A DNA stretch of 64,000 nucleotides from Candidatus Latescibacterota bacterium (GTDB lineage: Bacteria > Latescibacterota > UBA2968 > UBA8231). The DNA lies in assembly GCA_965221775.1 (NCBI GenBank), contig CBDCSU010000005.1:192001-256000 (forward strand), in the 5' to 3' direction. The notes below the pieces were generated by a model. The model ran no database searches and was not told where the DNA came from. It saw nothing but the letters and a program-made list of their open reading frames with translations. The number at the start of each line of letters is the position of its first letter. Position 1 is the stretch's first letter. This document shows positions 58,256 through 64,000 of this stretch, one piece after another. The translations under genes were made by a program, and so were the position numbers.

Positions 58256-59221
58256 ATGTCCCTTCCGATGCTCGCGCTTCTCGCCGGCCTCCTCGCCGCC
58301 TGCTCGCCCCGGGAAGAGGAGCCCGCCGCCGGCGCCCTCCCCCGGGTCCAGCTCGCCCTCAACTGGTTCCCCGAAGCCGAGCACGGCGGGTTCTACGCCG
58401 CCCGGGTCCACGGCCTCTACGAGGCCCGCGGCGTCGACGTCGACATCCTCGGCGGCGGGCCCGACGCCCCGGTGATCCAGCGCGTCGCCACCGGCGAGGT
58501 CGCCTTCGGCGTGACCAATGCCGACGACGTCCTCTACGCCCGGGCCCGCCAGGCCCCCGTGGTGGCCCTCATGGCCTCCTACCAGGTCAACCCGCGCTGC
58601 ATCATGGTCCACCGCGCCTCGGGCATAGAAGAGATCGGACGGATCGAGGGGATCACCCTCGCCATGTCGCAGCGCCCGGCCTACTCCCACTACCTGCGCT
58701 GGAAGTACCCCTTCAAGGACGTCCGCATCGTCCCCTACCCCGGCAACGTGACCCGGTTCCTCATGGACGAGGACTTCGCCCAGCAGGGCTACGTCACCAG
58801 CGAGCCCTTCGTGGCCCGGGCCCGCGGCGCCGACCCCAGGGCCCTGCTGGTGGCCGACATCGGCTTCAACCCCTACGCCACGGTCCTCGTCGCCAGCGAG
58901 GAGACGATCGCCGGGAATCCGGGGCTCGTCGCCGCCGTGGTCGGCGGCAGCGTCGAGGGCTGGGAGAAGTATCTGGATGATCCGGGGCCCACGAACCGCC
59001 GCATCCACGCCCTCAACCCCGAGATGAGCCTCGAGGTCCTCGCCTACGGCGCCGAGGCCTCGACGCCCCTGGTCCTCGACGAAGTGGCCCGCGAGAAGGG
59101 CATCGGTGTCATGACCCTGGAGCGCTGGCGGGAGTTGTGCTCGCAGATGAGCGACGCCGGGCTGATCGAGGCGGAGGAGGTCGCGGTCGAGGCTGCCTTC
59201 ACGCTGCGCTTCCTGCAGTGA
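58256..59221 (+). CDS. NMT1/THI5-like ABC substrate-binding lipoprotein
   Basis: Lipobox LAAC, LNWFPEAEHGGFY, GGGP, QQGYVTSEP. Confidence 0.87.
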   Translation: MSLPMLALLAGLLAACSPREEEPAAGALPRVQLALNWFPEAEHGGFYAARVHGLYEARGVDVDILGGGPDAPVIQRVATGEVAFGVTNADDVLYARARQAPVVALMASYQVNPRCIMVHRASGIEEIGRIEGITLAMSQRPAYSHYLRWKYPFKDVRIVPYPGNVTRFLMDEDFAQQGYVTSEPFVARARGADPRALLVADIGFNPYATVLVASEETIAGNPGLVAAVVGGSVEGWEKYLDDPGPTNRRIHALNPEMSLEVLAYGAEASTPLVLDEVAREKGIGVMTLERWRELCSQMSDAGLIEAEEVAVEAAFTLRFLQ

Positions 59222-59260
59222 CGCGAGGGCGCGCCGGGGCGGAGACGCCAGCCGAGCCGG

Positions 59261-60019
59261 CTAACGCAGACCCGTGAAGAACGCGGCCCTCTCCAGGCCG
59301 CGGCCGGTGCGCACCTTGCCGTACTCCAGCTCCAGGGTGCGGCCGCCGCTCTCGATGATCACCAGGCGGGGCAGGTAGAGGTCGGTTCCGGGCAGCCGGC
59401 GGAAGCGCTGCAGGCGGCGCGACCACAGCACCCCGCCCCCCGGGGTGAGGACCTCCTCGCCGACCACGAAGCCGCGGTTCAGGTCCAGGGTCAGGCGGCG
59501 CGGCGGCAGGTCGGCGGTCTTTATGGGGACGACGGCGAGGCCGCCCAGCGGATGGGTGACCCTCGAGGTGTCCGGGTCTCCGGGCACGACCACCCCGAGC
59601 AGGAGCCACCGGGGATCGTAGCCTCCGGTGTCGATCCCCAGGAAGTAGTCGAGACCGTCCTCGGCCTGAAGGACCATGGAGCGCCCCTCCACCACGGCCA
59701 GCAGGCTGTCGGCCTCGACCACGGCGGAGAGGACGTGAACGAACAGCGGGCCCTGCACGTCGAGGCGCATCAGGTCCGGGGGCCGGAAGAGGATGGAGGC
59801 GTCGAGGCCGTTGCGGCCCTGCTCGTGGGTGAGGGTGAGCCGGGCCTCGGCGGTCAGGTCGTCCAGAGCCTGCACCGCGGCGAAGTCCGCCCCCAGGAGG
59901 GCGGAGACCTCGCCGGCGCCGCCCGGCCAGCCGTCGCGGGTCACGGGCGGCGGGGGCCCGCAGGCGTTGGTGACCGCCGCCGCGATCAAGGCGGCGACCG
60001 CGGCTCGACCGGCCCTCAA
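59261..60019 (-). CDS. LolB-like / DUF4292-like outer membrane lipoprotein
   Basis: TTG overlapping the TPR gene stop; lipobox-like TNAC; beta-rich with RPPDLMRLDVQGP and LPRLVII. Confidence 0.6.
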   Translation of the reverse strand: MRAGRAAVAALIAAAVTNACGPPPPVTRDGWPGGAGEVSALLGADFAAVQALDDLTAEARLTLTHEQGRNGLDASILFRPPDLMRLDVQGPLFVHVLSAVVEADSLLAVVEGRSMVLQAEDGLDYFLGIDTGGYDPRWLLLGVVVPGDPDTSRVTHPLGGLAVVPIKTADLPPRRLTLDLNRGFVVGEEVLTPGGGVLWSRRLQRFRRLPGTDLYLPRLVIIESGGRTLELEYGKVRTGRGLERAAFFTGLR

Positions 60020-61923
60020 GGCGACGGACGGGCCTCCAGCTTTTCCCGGACCTCCTCGTTCTCCGGCGTCAGGTCCAGGACCCGGCGCCAGTGGACCTCG
60101 GCCTCGTCGCGCTTGCCGAGGGCGTCGGCGATGTCCCCGGCGTGGTCGAGGATCACCGCCTGCTCCTCGGTGTCGTGGTCGTCCATCGCCTCCAGGGCCC
60201 GGGAGAGATAGCGCTCCGCCTCCTCCAGCTCCCCGAGGCGGTAGTAGGCCCAGCCCAGGCTGTCGAAGAAGGCGCCGTTGTCGGGCTCGATCGCCACCGC
60301 CCGGGTGAGGAGCTGCACCGCCTCCTCGAGGTGGACGCCGCGGTCGGCGAAGCTGTAGCCCAGGTAGTTGAGGGCGTAGGCGTCGTCGGGCTGCAGGGCC
60401 AGGACCTGCCGGAAGCAGTCGACGGCGCGCTCGAAGTAGCCGGCCCCCGGCGATTCCCGCGAGGCCTCCTCCAGGAGGCTGCCGAGGTAGAACAGGGCAC
60501 GGGTCCCGCCGGCGTCCAGGTCGACGGCCCGGGTCATGCGCGCGATCGCCTCGTCCCAGCGGCCGAGATTCTGCAGCGCCACGCCCCAGCGCAGGTGGAC
60601 CCTCATCAGCGTGGAGTCGGCCTCGACGGCCTGGCGGTAGCGCTCGATCGCCTCCGTCCAGAGTTGCTGCCGCCCGAGGACGAGGCCCCAGCGGCCGTAC
60701 AGCGGAGCCTCGGGGCCACCGGCGGCGAGGCCCCGCCGGTAGACGCCGATCGCCTCGTCCCAGAGACGGCGGCTCTCGAGGTTGCCGCCCCAGGCGAGGT
60801 ACACGTCGAGCGATTCGGGCAGCCGCCCGGCGGCCTGCTCGTACACGGCGAGGGCCTCCTCCGGGCGGTCCTCCTCCTCGAGGGCGGCGCCCCAGAAGAG
60901 GTAGAGCTCGAGACTGTCGGGCATCGCCTCCACGGCTTCCCGCAGGATCCCCTCCGCCCGTTCGGGGCGGCCCACGTGCAGGTAGTAGCGGGCCGGGTCG
61001 AGCCAGCCGTCGACCCGGGCGGGCCGGCCGCCGACGATGCGCTCGAAGACGGCGGCGGCGAGGGGGTACTTCTCCATCTCGGACAAGGCGATGCCCAGGC
61101 GGTAGAGGTAGGCGGCGTCCTCGGCTTCGAGGATCGGCGTCAGCTGCTCCACCGTCTCCAGCAGGCGCCCGAGCTCGTACATGAGCGACGAGCTGTCGGG
61201 GACGTGCCGCGCCCCCGCCTGGAGCGAGGTCAGCGCCGCCGGCCCGTCGCCTCGCGCCACCTGCAGCTCGCCCAGTCCCAGCCAGGCGTCCTCCACCCCG
61301 GGGTCGGCGGCCAGGATCTGGCGGAAGACCGCCTCCGCGCGCTCGCGCCGGCCGCTGCGGGAGAGCACGTAGCCCACGTTGACGCGCACGTCGACGGGCG
61401 TCTCCTCCTGGTCGAGGAGGCGGTCGAAGAGAGGGTCGATGCGGGCCTCGCGGCCGGTCTCCATGTAGATGCGCGCCAGGTACGAGTAGAGCTGCCAGTT
61501 GTGCGGGTCCCGGTCGATCAGCTCTTCGAGCTGCTCCCCCACCTCGGGCGGAGTGCCCACCGAGTCCAGCCAGCGCAGGAGCTGGTAGCGCAGGGCCGTG
61601 AGCTCCGGGTCGAGGGCCAGGGCCCTGCGCGCGAAGTGAGCGGCCATGCGGTAGTCGCGGATGCGGTCGTAGTTGCGCGCCAGCTGGGCGTGGATCGTCG
61701 GCGACGAGGGATCGAGGTCGGCGGCCGAGCGCAGGGCCACGATGGCGCCCAGGGGGTTGCCCTGGGACTCGAAGACCTTGGCGCTCACGAAGTACTGCAT
61801 CGCCTCCCGGCGGGCCTCCTCGGAGGGCTCGGTCCCGGAGGGCCGGCCCTGCATCACCCCGGCGCACGACCCGGTCAGGGCGACGACGGCCACGAGGCCG
61901 GCGCAACGCGGGAGGAGGGCCAT
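60016..61923 (-). CDS. TPR-repeat lipoprotein (LbcA/PA4667-like)
   Basis: Lipobox TGSC; many TPRs; ALNYLGYSFAD, DSLGWAYY, DHAGD. Confidence 0.85.
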   Translation of the reverse strand: MALLPRCAGLVAVVALTGSCAGVMQGRPSGTEPSEEARREAMQYFVSAKVFESQGNPLGAIVALRSAADLDPSSPTIHAQLARNYDRIRDYRMAAHFARRALALDPELTALRYQLLRWLDSVGTPPEVGEQLEELIDRDPHNWQLYSYLARIYMETGREARIDPLFDRLLDQEETPVDVRVNVGYVLSRSGRRERAEAVFRQILAADPGVEDAWLGLGELQVARGDGPAALTSLQAGARHVPDSSSLMYELGRLLETVEQLTPILEAEDAAYLYRLGIALSEMEKYPLAAAVFERIVGGRPARVDGWLDPARYYLHVGRPERAEGILREAVEAMPDSLELYLFWGAALEEEDRPEEALAVYEQAAGRLPESLDVYLAWGGNLESRRLWDEAIGVYRRGLAAGGPEAPLYGRWGLVLGRQQLWTEAIERYRQAVEADSTLMRVHLRWGVALQNLGRWDEAIARMTRAVDLDAGGTRALFYLGSLLEEASRESPGAGYFERAVDCFRQVLALQPDDAYALNYLGYSFADRGVHLEEAVQLLTRAVAIEPDNGAFFDSLGWAYYRLGELEEAERYLSRALEAMDDHDTEEQAVILDHAGDIADALGKRDEAEVHWRRVLDLTPENEEVREKLEARPSP

Positions 61924-62780
61924 CAGGCGGCCGCCGGGGGCGCCGTCCGGCGCGGATCGAGGGCGTCGCGCAGGCCGTCGCCGACGAGGTTGAGGGCGAG
62001 GGCCACGGCGAAGATCGCCAGGCCGGGGAAGGTCATCACCCACGGCGCCTTGAGGAGCAGCTCGCGGCCGCTGTTGAGCATCGCCCCCCACTCCGGCGTC
62101 GGCGGCTGGGCGCCGAGGCCGAGAAAGCTCAGGCCCGCCGCGTCGAGGATCGCCGTGGCCAGGCTCAGGGAGGTCTGCACGATCAGCGGGGCCACGCAGT
62201 TGGGCAGCAGGCTGAAGGCGACGATGCGCAGGTGGCCGGCGCCGAGGGCGCGCGCCGCCTCGACGTAGGCCAGCTCGCGGAGGGAGAGGACCTGGGCCCG
62301 CACCAGGCGGGCGAACTGGGGGATGAGGACGATGCTCACGGCGATCATGACGTTGTCGATGCCGGGGCCGATGACGGCGACGATGGCGATGGCCAGCAGG
62401 ATCGAGGGAAAGGCGAGCATCATGTCCACGAGGCGCATGATGAGGGTGTCGGTGAGGCCGCCGCGGTACCCGGCCGCCAGGCCGAGGGCGGTGCCCAGGG
62501 TCAGGGAGATGCCGATGCAGATGCCGCCGATACGCAAAGAGATGCGGGAGCCGTGGATCACCCGGCTGAGGATGTCCCGCCCGAACTCGTCGGTGCCCAT
62601 GGGATGTTGCCACGACGGCGGCTGCAGGCGCTGGTAGAGGTCCTGTTCCAGCGGGTCGAAGGGCGCCAGCAGGGGCGCCAGGATCGCCACGATCACCAGG
62701 CCGGCGAGGACGGCGGTGCCGGCCAGCGGCAGGGGCCGCGACCGCAGATGGCGCGCGGCCCCGGTGAGGACGTCGATGAT
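61923..62780 (-). CDS. dppC: Dipeptide ABC permease (DppC-like); probable non-canonical (ATC) start
   Basis: HPMGTDEFGRD, AFPSILLA, YVEAARALG, LSFLGLG..PP.PEWG, GDGLRDALDP; N-terminal segment extends upstream of GTG 62696. Confidence 0.85.
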   Translation of the reverse strand: MIDVLTGAARHLRSRPLPLAGTAVLAGLVIVAILAPLLAPFDPLEQDLYQRLQPPSWQHPMGTDEFGRDILSRVIHGSRISLRIGGICIGISLTLGTALGLAAGYRGGLTDTLIMRLVDMMLAFPSILLAIAIVAVIGPGIDNVMIAVSIVLIPQFARLVRAQVLSLRELAYVEAARALGAGHLRIVAFSLLPNCVAPLIVQTSLSLATAILDAAGLSFLGLGAQPPTPEWGAMLNSGRELLLKAPWVMTFPGLAIFAVALALNLVGDGLRDALDPRRTAPPAAA

Positions 62781-62826
62781 GGCTCTATCCGCCTTTCTCG
62801 TTGCGGGGAATATAAGCAGGCCCCGC

Positions 62827-64000
62827 TCAGGCCGGCGGCACCAGGACCAGGGCGGCCAGGGGGGGCAGGGTGAGGACCGCCGACCAGCGGCGCCCGTGGC
62901 AGGGCTCCTCGCGGGACTCCACGATGCCGAGGTTGCCCGCCCCCGAGCCGCCGTAGTCGACGGCGTCGGTGTTGAGCCGTTCCCGCCAGCGCCCGGGGCG
63001 GGGCAGGCCCAGGCGGAAGCCGCGGCGCGGCTCCGGCGTGAAGTTGCAGACCGCCGCCAGGACGCCGCCCTCCGGCGAGCGGCGCTCGAAGGCGAGGACG
63101 GCGCTCTCGCTGCCGCCGCCCTCGATCCACTCGAACCCGTCCTCGTCGCAGTCGCTGGCGTGCAGCCCCGGATGGCTCCGGTAGAGGCCGTTGAGGTCGC
63201 GCACCAGGTCCTGCACCCCCCGGTGCCAGCCGTGCTCCAGGCTCGACCACTCCAGACCCTGGAGATGGTCCCACTCCGGCCGCTGGCCGAACTCCCCCCC
63301 CATGAAGAGCAGCTTCTTGCCGGGGAAGGCGAACATCCAGGCGAGGAGCAGCCGCAGGTTGGCGAACCGCTGCCAGTCGTCGCCCGGCATCTTCTCCAGC
63401 AGCGACCGCTTCCCGTGGACGACCTCGTCGTGGCTCAGGGGCAGGAGGAAGCTCTCGGCGTGGGCGTAGTGGGCGGCGAAGGTGAGGTCCGCCATGTGAC
63501 ACCGCCGGTCCCCGGGACCGCGGCCCATGTAGCGCAGCGCGTCGTTCATCCAGCCCATGTTCCACTTGAAGCCGAAACCGAGCCCCCCCGCCTCTGCCGG
63601 GCGGGTCACCCCGGGCCAGGCCGTCGACTCCTCGGCGAGCATCAGGGCCCCGGGATGGTGCTCGTGGACCAGCCGGTTGGTCTCCCGCAGGAACTCGATG
63701 GCCTCCAGGTTCTCCCGTCCCCCGCGGCGGTTCGGCGTCCATTCCCCTTCCTTGCGCGAGTAGTCCAGGTAGAGCATGGAGGAGACCGCGTCGACCCGCA
63801 GCCCGTCCACGTGGAAGCGCTCCAGCCAGAACAGGGCGTTGGACTGCAGGAAGGCCCTCACCTCCGGGCGCCCGAAGTCGAAGGTCAGGGTGCCCCAGTC
63901 GGGATGGAGCCCGAGATCGGCGGACTCGTAGAGGGGGGTTCCGTCGAACCGCGCCAGGCCGTGGGCGTCCTCCGGGAAATGGCCGGGCACCCAGTCGAGG
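62827..64000 (-). CDS. glgB: 1,4-alpha-glucan branching enzyme, partial (start lies beyond the window)
   Basis: [49 protein letters not shown]. Confidence 0.95.
   Translation of the reverse strand, partial: LDWVPGHFPEDAHGLARFDGTPLYESADLGLHPDWGTLTFDFGRPEVRAFLQSNALFWLERFHVDGLRVDAVSSMLYLDYSRKEGEWTPNRRGGRENLEAIEFLRETNRLVHEHHPGALMLAEESTAWPGVTRPAEAGGLGFGFKWNMGWMNDALRYMGRGPGDRRCHMADLTFAAHYAHAESFLLPLSHDEVVHGKRSLLEKMPGDDWQRFANLRLLLAWMFAFPGKKLLFMGGEFGQRPEWDHLQGLEWSSLEHGWHRGVQDLVRDLNGLYRSHPGLHASDCDEDGFEWIEGGGSESAVLAFERRSPEGGVLAAVCNFTPEPRRGFRLGLPRPGRWRERLNTDAVDYGGSGAGNLGIVESREEPCHGRRWSAVLTLPPLAALVLVPPA

Overview
Very GC-rich chromosomal window, densely coding, from a diderm bacterium. The gene mix (Gfo/Idh/MocA, DUF1080, PhyH, FG-GAP/ASPIC, Minf_1886-type, MlaC, TolC) suggests an FCB/PVC-like lineage such as Latescibacterota or Gemmatimonadota, but this is inference only. 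Contents in order: an ndk-yceD-rpmF-fabHDG-acpP-fabF-rnc-lipoate ligase-dppD operon that lacks plsX; an HD dNTPase-rlmI-uvrC-xerD-like operon; catabolic oxidoreductases; metG; a UvrA-like gene; and a tightly linked 7-gene operon (cytidylyltransferase, CDP-alcohol phosphotransferase, flippase-like protein, TolC, MlaC-DUF3047 fusion, MlaC, MMPL/RND) with a divergent second cytidylyltransferase. That operon looks like a polar-lipid head-group synthesis and trans-envelope export system and is the best candidate here for an undescribed system. It is followed by tRNA-Gly(GCC), a TPR/FG-GAP/ASPIC lipoprotein with PBP1A, a YtfI/YtfJ(GerW)-like pair, rlmN, an M23 peptidase, larC, scattered Dpp ABC genes, an NMT1/TauT-type ABC transporter, TPR and LolB-like lipoproteins and a partial glgB. 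I saw no CRISPR array, rRNA, IS element or prophage. All family assignments come from motif recognition by eye, not database searches.
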